The notes under the pieces were generated by a model that did no database searches, was not told the DNA's origin, and worked only from the letters and a program-made list of their open reading frames with translations. A program made the translations under genes and the position numbers. A stretch of 57,852 nt of DNA, filler included, from Catajapyx aquilonaris (Eukaryota): the NCBI GenBank assembly GCA_000934665.2. It is 2 parts of 2 records of this genome, joined end to end, with 100 filler letters (N's around TTAATTAATTAA, not from the genome) between each part and the next. Parts side by side here need not be neighbours in the genome. Positions count along the whole stretch, not along the records: positions 1 to 28,879 come from JYFJ02004851.1; 1 more part is not named here. The stretch is one strand, 5' to 3'. Numbering within the stretch: the first letter of the stretch is position 1; every line of letters begins with the position of its first letter. Shown piece by piece: positions 11,571 to 22,464 of this stretch.

Positions 11571-11707
11571 GGGCAAGAACGATCTGACGTCACACCTGCC
11601 GTGTTTTCTGAGCATGCGCAGTAGCATGCTTGCAGAGAGATTCTGGTACATGAGAGGGAAGAGACGGGTGGAGGCGGGGCTGAACGTGACGTCAGATAGT
11701 TCTTTGG
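11571..11707. mobile_element. Small TTAA-flanked inverted-repeat element
   Basis: AAGAACGATCTGACGTCAC vs GTGACGTCAGATAGTTCTT; TTAA at both flanks. Confidence 0.55.
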
Positions 11708-12365
11708 TTAACTGACATTATAAAAAAAAAAAGTGGATCGTCGTCCAGAAAACGAGAAATAACCCTAGTTTTCTGTTAACCCGCAGTTTGGAATGCTGTT
11801 TGAGAAGGATAGTTGCGAACTCATATGGCACTCATAAGTTTACCGATAGGTGGAATGTGCCAATAAACCATTCCACACAGCTTTAAAAATTTGCCAATTC
11901 CACTTAAAATTATCATCTAATATTTCAGGTACCTACAAATAATAACTGTTCGAATTAACTGCTTATTGTGAATACCTCTATGAAATGAATGCCTCAATTA
12001 GAACACAACATGATGTAGCCCTAACATGTTGTGGTTCAATTTTATGGAACATGTCAGAAGCCAATTTTAAATAAATTCGAGCTGATTGAGCATTGCATTG
12101 GTTCCATTTACACAGCCTCGAGGAGGATCCATGTAATCCAGATGGATGACTTGGGCATGGACATTGATCATGCAACCGGCCGCACATGAAGAGGTCAGGT
12201 GGACAACAAGGAGAGATGACCCTAACTGCTTTACATTATAGTTTGTGTCCAGTATTCAATTCACAAATGGGCGAACTTAATAAGGTGGATTCACACCATA
12301 AGCAGCACATACTGTGATATATAAATTGCCATTATTGTTTGATGAGGTCCCGCATAGCAATAGAG

Positions 12366-12970
12366 CAGTGCTTTTTAAACTTTTTCAGTGTCATTCACTT
12401 TCAAATCTTCATTAAAAAGTTTCATTCACCTGTGACTATTTCCCTTTGTTTTTGACAATAAATTTTTCTCTTATTCTCCCTTACGTGCAATTTCATACAC
12501 AATTCATTATTTATCATATGAGAGAAAAAAACATGAATTAGCTAATTTCTTCACCAATCTATTCACATTTTTGAGCATCCTAAAAATATGTAAACCAGAA
12601 GTGGTTAAATAATCAACGCAGAACAATTATTATAACATTTCCAGTTTACATAAAGTAAAGACAATAAATAAGTCTTACAAGTTAGAACTTGGAATTAAAT
12701 TGGTACGAGAAACTTTTCTTATTGTATATTGCTTTCTACAAACAGTTAGAAGCCTATATCTATACTAATACATTACACTTTTATTCATCAGTGACTTGGA
12801 TTTACTGTCCTTTTCTGACCAGCTTATCAAACTGAGGTTCAATTTTCTTCTCCAGAGCAACCTGTGTTAGCAAATCAATAAACTGAAGGTAATTTAGTTT
12901 TTTGGTGTTCAATTCTACAAAGATCAAAAGTACATTATTTTTCAGACAGGAAAGTTGTTGTCTTTCCTAG
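12366..12970 (-). mobile_element. hAT (Buster/Charlie-like) transposon 3' remnant
   Basis: Terminal CAGTGCTTTTTAAACTTTTT at 12366 after an NNNTANNN flank; decayed minus-strand translation TTFLSEK...VALEKKIEPQFDKLVRKGQ...NPSH* resembles the hAT C-terminal dimerisation region. Confidence 0.6.
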
Positions 12971-13165
12971 TGCTTCAAATAACCCAACCAAAGTGTCCAT
13001 AGCAGGAGCACATCTCAAAATATAAAGTTTATGCTAAGTACAGTGATTTCGGAAATATCCTGTCAGTTTGAAATATTAGAAATCATGGGTAGAGGGGAGA
13101 AATGCACAATATTTACAGCTCCACTGCCATTAATAAGGAAGAAGAGCTGTTGGTAAGGTACTTAC

Positions 13166-13782
13166 GCATCGGTTGAAGGCATGGCCTGAGTCTTTCGGAA
13201 CTCCGCATCTACACTGGGATGCAGCCATATTACATCACTTGTTCCTGGGATTGGCCGGAAGTCGCGCATGGGAATATATGGGGCCTTAACCTTGGGTACC
13301 TCTTCCTTCTTATACGTATAATTTCCGTACTTGGCCAACCGGGACGCAGGGATGATGTCCTGGACTGTAGTCCGCGGACCAGAAGAATCTTGCATGTAAT
13401 CACTCAAACCAGAAGAATCTGTCTCGGTCTCACTTGTACTAGAAGAATCTATCTCGGTATCACTCGTACCAGAAGAATATTTCTCGGTATCACTCGTATC
13501 AGAAGAATCATTCTCGGTCTCACTTGTACCAGAAGAATCTTTCTTGGTCTCACTCGTACCCGAAGAATCCTTCTTGGTCCCACTCGTATCCGAAGAATCT
13601 TTCTGGGTCGCATTCCCAGACACTCGTTCGGTCTCCAGCTGCTGCCACGTTGGGTTCCACGATAGGTACTGCATGGGCCTATTCCTAGTGGGGCACGCGG
13701 TCTTGGGACGGGTAAGATGCCGAAACTCGGACGCCCGATACACCCGAGGGAACGCGGATTTTCCCAAAATGGCCTGCATCAT
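13166..13782 (-). CDS. Putative first coding exon of an unknown gene with Ser/Thr/Asp-rich 10-aa repeats
   Basis: ATG at 13782, 617-nt open frame, consensus donor GC|GTAAGT at 13166/13165, CpG-rich 5' region with TGACGTCA at 13865. Confidence 0.65.
13378..13610. repeat. Coding minisatellite, 8 x 30 bp (DSSxTSxTxx)
   Basis: GAAGAAT recurs every 30 bp, from 13382 to 13592. Confidence 0.95.
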
Positions 13783-14295
13783 GAAGGAAACAGTGGTCAA
13801 CCGAGACTCGCCTCACTTTTTCCCCCCTATTCGGGGTGGGTAGAGCTTGGGTAGAACGACGCCGTGACGTCACAGGGGTACATAGAGCAGAGTTGCCAGA
13901 CGTGTCCGAAACCATCCCAGGAGGGCGCTGAATTACCCGATTTTACTCGCACTAAAGGTTTTTACACGCATTTTAAATTTCTACTGAATTCTTGCTATTT
14001 TTTAAAGATGAATATTTTCTCAAGTTTTTGATGGTGCGGATGGCGCATGCACCGGATGGCGGGAGTTATTAGCGCTAAATCTAAAATGAAGACACTGAAA
14101 TAATTGAACGCGCGTAATTTACATTCAAGTTTACATTAGTTTCTTCCGGTTAGACCGTCCACGGTCTAACATTCCTCGGCGTATACGTCCGTGGTACGGC
14201 GGCGCCTAAAGTTGTTTCGTGACGTCACACCCGCCCCGCCAGCTTCAAAGCAGCAATACCCAGAGTAATACGCGTATTATTATTCATTCACAGTA

Positions 14296-14721
14296 CAGGG
14301 TGAAGACGTTTGTATTCCGATCGGTTTGGGAAATGATCGAGGCGATCATTTTAAGTTAGACATCATGGGTCTCCGCAGCATAGTTACCGAGGTAATGTGC
14401 TTCAAACACAAGGTATAACATATCCTGGCACGTAGGCATCCCTCCACGCGACCTTACCTTTTACATTTATTTAAGGTGTAACAGCAATTTAATTTTAATT
14501 TACGATCCTGTTAGGTGTATCAGGGAATGGCCTAGACCTAGACGATGGAAGTGTCGCACGTAGTATCCGAAACCTATAAGCTGGTATGATGCACTTTTTA
14601 TTTAATGCTAATTATCTCGGTAACTATGCGGCCAAGATCCATGATGCGGGTACTTCAACTGATTGCCTAGAACCTTTTTATTATTTCCAAAACCGATCGG
14701 ACGACAAACGTCTTCAGCCTG
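14296..14721. mobile_element. Tc1/mariner-type MITE
   Basis: TA|CAGGGTGAAGACGTTTGT..TCCGATCGGTTT vs AAACCGATCGGA..ACAAACGTCTTCAGCCTG|TA; second pair GCATAGTTACCGAG/CTCGGTAACTATGC. Confidence 0.85.
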
Positions 14722-16664
14722 TATACAATACCGTATACGATGGGCCATGAAACGCCTGTAAAGTAGCCCGAACAACAGGCATGAAAAGCTCATGGGTTGC
14801 CCTCGATAGTCAGGATAAAACTGAAGGCAGTTCACTCAGGCTAGGCAATAAAAAGTTGAATCAACAGTGGGAAAATTGCTGGGTTTCCAGCAGGGACGTC
14901 GGAACCATGGGGGCAGTGGGAGAGGTCGCCGCCCACTGTTTTTTGAGTGGGGGGGGGGGGGCAAGGGTTACCATTTGCCCCCACAATATGAAATTGTCAC
15001 AGAAATTAATTAACCCCCATTTTGTTCATTCTCTAACGTAAGACTAAGAAGAAAAATGGACTCCACCGGTATTTGTGCATGCATACATTAAACAAACTTG
15101 AACTTGCGGATAATATGAAAGTGTTTGGGAGAAAGAGAAAAACGCAATTTTGAGTCCCGTTTTCCACTGGCATTAATTTTGTTCCGGACAAAATGCAAGG
15201 CAGAACAATTTTTCTTCCTAGACGATTTTATGCATCATACTCGTTCTAACCAGGACACTTGTGTCCTTTAAAAATGGGAGGAGGGGGCTGCACAACTCCC
15301 AAGGAGGAGTCTAATAAATAATAAATACATGAGGGTGGCGTACACCCACCCACTTTCAGCCACTTTCAGCGTATAAGATATAATGTATATTTAAATGTAT
15401 ATTTCTGTATTTGTTTAACCTGTACCCCCTCCGAAAAACGTTTACAGTACTTAATTTCACCGTCAATATTCTGCTTGAATTATTGCAAAATAACTCTGAT
15501 AATAATTATACCGTTGCGCATCAGCCTTTCGAGGTCGGTTCTCTTGGCTTCCGCTGGATTCCCATTTTGTGGCGAGCACAATTTGTGAAATTAGAACATT
15601 TTCTAGGAATAATCCAGAATTATTATAAATTTGAGAAATTGCAAGAAAAAACCCTATAGGGGAGGTGAGTTTTTTAAAAAGAAGTGGCTGCGTGAAAAAC
15701 CAGGCAATTTCTCCTTCATGCTGTTGAATGCCAGAAGAATTGTTTCACACCATAATATTCGGAAGAATGTACCAGGTACCAATGATTAAGGACACGTTGT
15801 ATCAACTGATGACTTACTGTAAATACTAGTCCAAAAGACCAAAACATGAAACCCTTAATAAGTTATTCGTGATGATACATCTGGCCCTAAATTACAACCA
15901 GTAGATCTTCCAAGGGAATGCACGAGAATGCATAACACTAATAATTAAAAAAGCAATATTTCGCTTGTGACACTGCCTCACTGATATCTTGATACCATTG
16001 TTCTATCACCCATATCCTACACATTTTCATGACGTCATCCGTCATGGCTCCCTCGTATTGGAACAGTATTATGTCCTCTGGATCTTGTTACGTGCTTCCA
16101 AAAGGAGCCGATGACGTAGCATTATTGATGATGGATGGTGCGGGCTAATCTTATCTCCCAGTTCTGATCCGGGGACTGGTCATTTTGATGATTGACGTTC
16201 CATTCCATTACGCATGTGGGCAGACATGTACATTTCCTGCTTATCTCGAAATTCAACAAAATGAACTTTTGAAGAAGCCGCATATGCAATCCAAGAATCA
16301 ACCAATAAATTATGCATAAAAACTGATATTATCTAGCTCATTATACTTCACTGACAACATTCTACACCTTTTCCCATTTCATAGCCAGAAATATGACGGC
16401 TTGGTAATCATGCATTACGAAAGATTGCATTACTTATTCAAGACATTGTGCAAGCCAATCGTTGAGATAGGTTTGTGCATGAGCCCTTCAGCTGTATGTA
16501 ATGAAAATGGTATAAATTTCATCGTATTATAGATACGATAATAGTAGATGATGACTGTATACTACTCATCAAGGAAGTGTTCAGCAGTGCGAGATCACGG
16601 CATGAGTGCGGAAGTACTGTAGTAAGAAGTGTCCAGCAGTATACCATAGGATCTATTTCCCACT

Positions 16665-18623
16665 ATGAACGCTGCAATTAGCATTATTGCAATTGTGACA
16701 CTGTCAGAATTACCACACAACATGGCCGCCATTGCACTTCATGCAATAAACGACACTTACATTCAGGAGAGCATGGTGTCCTCATTGGTCCAAGAAGCTC
16801 ACCGAACCAGAGAAGATTGCTTGCTAGTACTTGGACACGACTACAAGACTTTGCCATCGGCCTCGAAGTTATTGAAACAAGTGACTAGTATGTGGGGCAC
16901 CGTGGCTTCTTTCAAGTGGACAGAATCGACACCTGTTCCTCAACCCAACTCTGGCCCCGGAAATTTCGAGTACTTCTTTTCCTGGTTGGAAAGAAGTACT
17001 GCTGTTCACTTGACCAACTGTGCTATCGTAGTTTTGATGTACCACAAGGGCAACTTTGAACCACTAATCAAGCATATGGCAAGCGTAGTCAGGGTGGATC
17101 CCAGAAAGGACATCTTCATGTACTTCAGTCCAGATTCAGATGTGAAATCAGACATACTACGAAAGGATTACAACTTCTTGTATCAAGTGGGCATGTTTTA
17201 CGAAACGAACTCTGCAAGGAACTCTGTCACCATTGCGAACAACTGCCATTTTTGCGATGAGGGTAGTCCCAATGTTATCAAAAGAGGCCGATATGACATC
17301 AAGACTGGGATAAGTCCGGATGGTTTGGATCTATATCCTGACTTTTCTCGCGATGGTCATCAGACGCATCTGAACGGGTCATATCCTATTGGAGGATCTC
17401 CTGACGAATTCAAGTTCCTGTTGGAGAGCGACCTGCCTCTGTTTCCCTACCTCAGGATTTTAGGGACTTTTGCTGAAGCTCTGAAGTGTGACTGGCATGT
17501 CGACCCTTCGCCTGAAGTGCCAGGAGGCAGCTCGGAAACAGCACTTCCAGACGGAAACTGGACCGGAATAGCTGGACAGCTGGTGCACAGAGAAGTTGAT
17601 TTTGGTTCTGCGATGTCCACTGTCGATATACTCAGAGTACTTGATATCCCTTACAACTTTTACATCGGTTCGCTCACCTTCTTCCGACGCATCCCACGAC
17701 GTCTCTTCTCCTGGTATTCTATCGCCTTTCCTTTCACTCTGGACATGTGGGTGCTCATCTTGATCACAGCTATTATCACCAGCATAGTTTTCCTTCTCCT
17801 GCTGAAGCTGCAGGAGTCAGTCAGAAGCCCTTTTGACAGTAAACCTCCTAGATCACTGGCACTGTACTCACTCAGGTTAATTTTCTCTGCACTGATTGAG
17901 GAAGCTCCCAACACCATCCCAATTGTGCCGTCGCTGAGAATTTTGATCGCTTTTTTGTGGCTCTTCAGCGACGTCATAGTGTGCGGGTATGAGGCCAAAT
18001 TCTTCGGGTTTTTGGTCTCTCCGGAGATGGAGTCGCTCCCGAACAGCCTGAGGGAAATGGTGTATTGGTCCAACTGGCAATGGGGAGTTATAGACTGGTT
18101 GAAACCGTACATGGAATTGTTCATTTCCGACTCTGAAGTCGACTACCATCATGACATCAGGCCCAAACTTCAGGACGGTGGAGACATGAAGACGTGCTTG
18201 ACCAGAGCTGTTGAAGAAGACTTCAGCTGCATCGCTATCCCAGAGTTGCTGATAGCCATGTCATACCAGGCACTGGACAAAGAAGGGAGAGTTCCAGTTC
18301 AGATAGTTGATGACAACTCTCTAAGCATGCTCTGTGGGTTGTCTTTTCCCAAATATTCTATTATAGGACCAGTGGCTGGTAGGATCCAAATGTACATCCC
18401 GGAGGCAGGTCTTTACACCAAGTATTTGAACGATTTTGTGAATGCGTTTTTCAGGATGGGGTTGAAAGACGCCAGGAAGAACAACATTCTGTACACGTTT
18501 TCTATGGCCCTAACTCTAGGGCACATGAAAGGCACATTTGCACTTCTGTGTATCTTTTTAGGGCTCAGTATTATTATATTCATCTTTGAAGTTGTAAGTT
18601 TTCACACAAAAAGAGCGAGGTAG
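16665..18623 (+). CDS. Divergent ionotropic receptor (variant iGluR/IR chemoreceptor), intronless, 652 aa
   Basis: Signal-peptide-like N-terminus, S1 motif DGNWTGIAGQLVHREVDF, M1 PFTLDMWVLILI, pore IFSALIEE, M3 SLRILIAFLWLF...YEAKFFGFLVSP, M4 LTLGHMKGTFALLCIFLGLS..FIFE. Confidence 0.93.
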   Translation: MNAAISIIAIVTLSELPHNMAAIALHAINDTYIQESMVSSLVQEAHRTREDCLLVLGHDYKTLPSASKLLKQVTSMWGTVASFKWTESTPVPQPNSGPGNFEYFFSWLERSTAVHLTNCAIVVLMYHKGNFEPLIKHMASVVRVDPRKDIFMYFSPDSDVKSDILRKDYNFLYQVGMFYETNSARNSVTIANNCHFCDEGSPNVIKRGRYDIKTGISPDGLDLYPDFSRDGHQTHLNGSYPIGGSPDEFKFLLESDLPLFPYLRILGTFAEALKCDWHVDPSPEVPGGSSETALPDGNWTGIAGQLVHREVDFGSAMSTVDILRVLDIPYNFYIGSLTFFRRIPRRLFSWYSIAFPFTLDMWVLILITAIITSIVFLLLLKLQESVRSPFDSKPPRSLALYSLRLIFSALIEEAPNTIPIVPSLRILIAFLWLFSDVIVCGYEAKFFGFLVSPEMESLPNSLREMVYWSNWQWGVIDWLKPYMELFISDSEVDYHHDIRPKLQDGGDMKTCLTRAVEEDFSCIAIPELLIAMSYQALDKEGRVPVQIVDDNSLSMLCGLSFPKYSIIGPVAGRIQMYIPEAGLYTKYLNDFVNAFFRMGLKDARKNNILYTFSMALTLGHMKGTFALLCIFLGLSIIIFIFEVVSFHTKRAR

Positions 18624-18968
18624 ACGTCGCGTCGTAATACACCAGCAAAAAGTGGTCTTTGTTAGCAATCTCAGCACATCTGCAAACCCCATTGGTAACG
18701 AAAACACAGCAAAAGAAGTATGGCGTACAGTAGACTTCAGCGTGGATGTCACCATTATGTTACTGTAGTTTCTTAGAGAAATAGTCAAACTGTAGAGATC
18801 CTTCTTATTGCCTAGGATGTCTGTACTTGGTATCTTACGTATATCTGCTAAAATTATATGTTCATCACAAACCAAACTGAGGTTGACATGTTGACTAGGA
18901 CCATGGCGGCACCCATACCCTAGGAGGGGAAAAAACACACTTTTTATTTACTAACATACCATATAGGG

Positions 18969-19168
18969 CAGGGGTTCCCAACCTGGGAGTCGTGGCCCCC
19001 CAAGCCGTGAGAGGCCGTGAGAGGCATTGTACCATATTTGGTAAATATATTTCTTGTATTGTTTGGCTGCTTCATTAAAAATTTATGTATGTTACTTTTG
19101 CAAGGGGGCCGTGGAGAAATTTTAGGTGATTTGGGGGGTCGCGGGTGCAAAAAGGTTGGGAACCCCTG
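18969..19168. mobile_element. hAT-type MITE (200 bp)
   Basis: TIR CAGGGGTTCCCAACCT / AGGTTGGGAACCCCTG; perfect 8-bp TSD ATATAGGG. Confidence 0.93.
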
Positions 19169-19397
19169 ATATAGGGAGTAGCCTATTACAGTCACTGGTA
19201 AAGGTAATGCTAGTAGTGAAGTAGAGGGAGGATCTCTTGTGGACCGTAATTTACCGTAATTGTCCTACAAAATGTACACTTCAAATAAATATTTTCTCGA
19301 AGAAGCCATTTTAAATATTATATTTTTATTTTTTATTTCATAAGGACGGACAATCGGACATGTTATAAAATTCAGTAATGTCAAAACCCGGTATATA

Positions 19398-19783
19398 CAG
19401 GGTGTATCTGAACTCAGTGCCCCGACGTATATGACTGCCTTCCTAGCCACAGAGGATCAACTTATGTAGAGGAGTCATATGTCTGGGCAGCCTCATTACT
19501 GAGATACACTCTTTAGCGATTTTTGCCTAATCGCTCCTTCTGACTTTTAAATAGAATTTTCTGGTGTAACTAGCCAAAGAGGCCTTACCACCTGTGGGCA
19601 ACAAACCAACAAAGTCCCGACCGCAGACCTTCCAGAGCCTTCTGACTGGGGGAGGGTTCGATGGGTGGCCTAACCGACAGGATATTTTGTACTACATGTT
19701 TGCGGCCAATTATCTCCGTAATGCGGCGGCCAAACATAATGACTCCTATACTTAAAGTCATATACGTCGGGGCACTGAGTTCA
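19398..19783. mobile_element. CAGGGTG-type MITE inserted in the left TIR of the host element, right end clipped
   Basis: TA|CAGGGTGTATCTGAACTCAGTGCCCCGACGTATATGACT vs AGTCATATACGTCGGGGCACTGAGTTCA. Confidence 0.8.
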
Positions 19784-20051
19784 TATTTTTTATACGTGAG
19801 ATATAAATTTTTGTAAAGTGACAACTTTCGTCATTGTCTTACAATATGCACACCTGAAAGTTCTTGAAAGCATTCCATAGCTCATGAAGACGGACACGAA
19901 AGTGGGTCCATTTTACATTTAATTCGCCCTTGCCCTCTGTTGACCATTATGGAAGGTTTCCAGATTAGTTGTTGACATTTATTTTTTATGTCGGATATGA
20001 CTTTAGAAGTAATGCAAGGATGTTGAAAGACACTAAACGAAAGCAAAAATA

Positions 20052-20641
20052 CAGTACTTGTATAACTTCTATAAGTCGAATCTCCATGGGACCAGGAAAA
20101 AACTTCGAGTTATAGAAGATTCGAGTTAGAGAAGTTTGGCTTTTTTTAAAGCACAGAACTCTATAAGGAAGCCTACCTTTATGTCCAGGGACGAAAGGTT
20201 TTCAAAACTTAAAAATAACTGGCACTATCACACTTACAATGTTTCTCGTTGTTTTGGTGTTTAAAAAAACTCCGTTATGGACATTTGCCTACTCTTAGGT
20301 TCAAGGATTCAATTGTCATAATCGAGTCAAACACTACTTTCGGTACGTCTGGTGGATGGAGATCAGGAAATTGAGCCTTTCTGTACATGTGGCCTACTCT
20401 CGACCATTCGTCTGGGAAATGAGAAGATTTTCCTTCCTCGCCAACATGAAATTCGACTCAGGGAGACTGAAAATGCATTGATATCCCATCGAAAGGCCCT
20501 GCCTGCACTTCGAGTTATACAAATTAGAGTTAGGGAAGTTTATTTCCTATTATTTTACATTGTGACCAACCGAGCTCGTCATTTTCTTCGACTTATAGAG
20601 AACTTCCACTTAGGGAAGTCCGACTTATAGAAGTTTTACTG
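20052..20641. mobile_element. pogo/Tigger-like MITE
   Basis: TA|CAGTA...AACTTCTATAAGTCG vs CGACTTATAGAAGTTTTACTG|TA; repeated subterminal TTCGAGTTATA/TTCGACTTATA motifs. Confidence 0.8.
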
Positions 20642-21077
20642 TACCACTTTTCATAGAGTATCATCAAGAACCTATACCAAGTTTTTATATTATTTTATGA
20701 CAGAACCGGTATTTCCTTTGGGAAATATAAAAATATTAGATATTAAAAGTAGGGTTTTCGGGATATTGTATTAATTTTTCAAATGTGCATGTTGTTGCAT
20801 AAAAACAAAAATCACCCCTGTGAAAAAATTCGTTTCGACTGAATACAAAATAATATATACCGAATTTTGCTATAATTTTATAATCGAACTCATGCTACTT
20901 TGTTATACAAAAAATAACCGTTAAATTTTCAAAATGGCTTTTTCGCGAAAATATTTATTTTAAGTGTGCATTTTGTAGGACAATTACGCAAGTTGTCACT
21001 TTACAAAAATTTGTATCTCGCGTATAAAAAATATATACCGGGTTTTGACACCAGTTAATTGTATAACATGTCCGTAC

Positions 21078-21534
21078 AGGGAAGTCCAGTGGGTCAAGTT
21101 TTACTTGGACAAACTGTACAATTACCTGAGCGGCTTGGGCGACCGTTGCCCGTACAAGCTGGTGGCCATGGTGGTCAACCGACAGTGTAACTCGCGGATC
21201 TTCTCAACCGACGGTGGAAACCCGGCTGGCGGCACCATAGTTGACTCGGGCATAACGGCCCCGGGGAAATGCGACTTCCTGATCGCCTCCCAGGAGTCCT
21301 TACAAGGCACCTTCACCCCAGCGAACGTCTCGATACTGTTCAACTAGAGGAACGTGCCGGCCGATGACATCCAGGTTGCGACCTACATTCTGATCCACAT
21401 GTACTTCAACTGGTGCGGAAAAGGTCAGAGTTCCATCTCCGTGTCAGGACGCAGAGAAGTAGACCTCCCTGGTGGCCAACCACATGCACACGCTTCCGCA
21501 CAAGTCAATGAGCGACAGGCTCTACTCCCTGTAA
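21078..21534 (+). pseudogene. PIWI-clade Argonaute C-terminal (PIWI domain) pseudogene fragment
   Basis: NPAGGTIVDSGIT...DFLIASQESLQGTFTP, stop at 21345, IQVATYILIHMYFNWCG, +1 frameshift near 21420, KVRVPSPCQDAEK*TSLVANHMHTLPHKSMSDRLYSL*; matches the Piwi ending of type NWxGxVRVPAPCQYAHKLAxLV...LYYL. Confidence 0.9.
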
Positions 21535-21983
21535 AGGATGCAGTTGGAAGTGCTAATCATGTCTCACCTTCAATATATTCCAGATGACCTATTCCCTGAA
21601 AAGATGATGATATAGGCTTTTGATCATTCGCATTGCATCAGGTGTGGCTTACAAAAACTTTTTAAACTTGATCTGCCTTACGTGAACCGAGACATCTCAT
21701 TTGCTTGTTATTTTGTTCCATGCCATGTAACCTGTTCTTTGTTGCCTAGAAAATTCCAGTTCTTGGTTTGAACACTTTGAAATGGCCAAGTGTGTGTGGG
21801 CGTGGGGGTGTGTTCAATGAAGTGGGATCATTTACACAGCACCAAGTAAACTGGACTTGGTCTAAACATTGTCAATTTCTTCTTATTGTGAGCAAGTGAA
21901 ATATGATTACTGACACTGCATAATTCGGATATGGGTAACCCATGCCATTTATTATTTTTATTTAGTCTACAACAAAACTCTTA

Positions 21984-21984
<1 letters not shown>

Positions 21985-22016
<32 letters not shown>
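21985..22016. repeat. (GTT)n microsatellite
   Basis: About 10 GTT units. Confidence 0.95.
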
Positions 22017-22020
22017 AGGC

Positions 22021-22260
22021 GTTTATTTATTCCAGGATCGGCCTGCGGCTCGTGCCGCTTGGCCGACCCCCTACAAAAGAAAATTGCGAAACATAATACA
22101 ATAATACGTATAATACACTACTACACTAGAATACAGTACAATAACTACAATATTACATATCTTTCTGCCCCCTCACTTCATCTCTTCCACCACATCTCCC
22201 CTGTCTTCCCTCTTCCCCTGTCCCTGTCCCTCTTTTCTCCCTCTTATCTTGTCCATTTTC
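22021..22260 (-). mobile_element. 3' end of a LINE/SINE (GC stem-loop plus AATAAATAAA tail)
   Basis: Minus strand GGTCGGCC-AAGCGGCACGAGCCGCA-GGCCGATCC then AATAAATAAAC and (CAA)n. Confidence 0.45.
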
Positions 22261-22464
22261 TCACGAGTAAAAAAAAAGTTGTGTTTTACGTTCTGTTTTG
22301 TTGGGAAGTCTATAATGCAAAATAAAGGTGACACTAATTTACCAGCAGGCTGTATGTCACTGAAATACAGTAGGCCTATAATGCGACGTAGGGCTCTGCG
22401 TACAAATGAATATAATAATGAAGAGTGAACATTTTAAAATATTGCAAGTTATAATCTAATGTAA

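Larger units (their letters stand above)
19355..21074. mobile_element. Non-autonomous DNA element with ~115-bp TIRs carrying two nested MITEs
   Basis: Left TIR (19355-19397 joined to 19784-19857) is the reverse complement of 20963-21074; a partial extra copy lies at 19256-19315. Confidence 0.75.

Noticed and set aside
13378..13610. Regular 30-bp periodicity as a CRISPR array
   Set aside because: No unique spacers, eukaryotic context, in-frame coding tandem repeat
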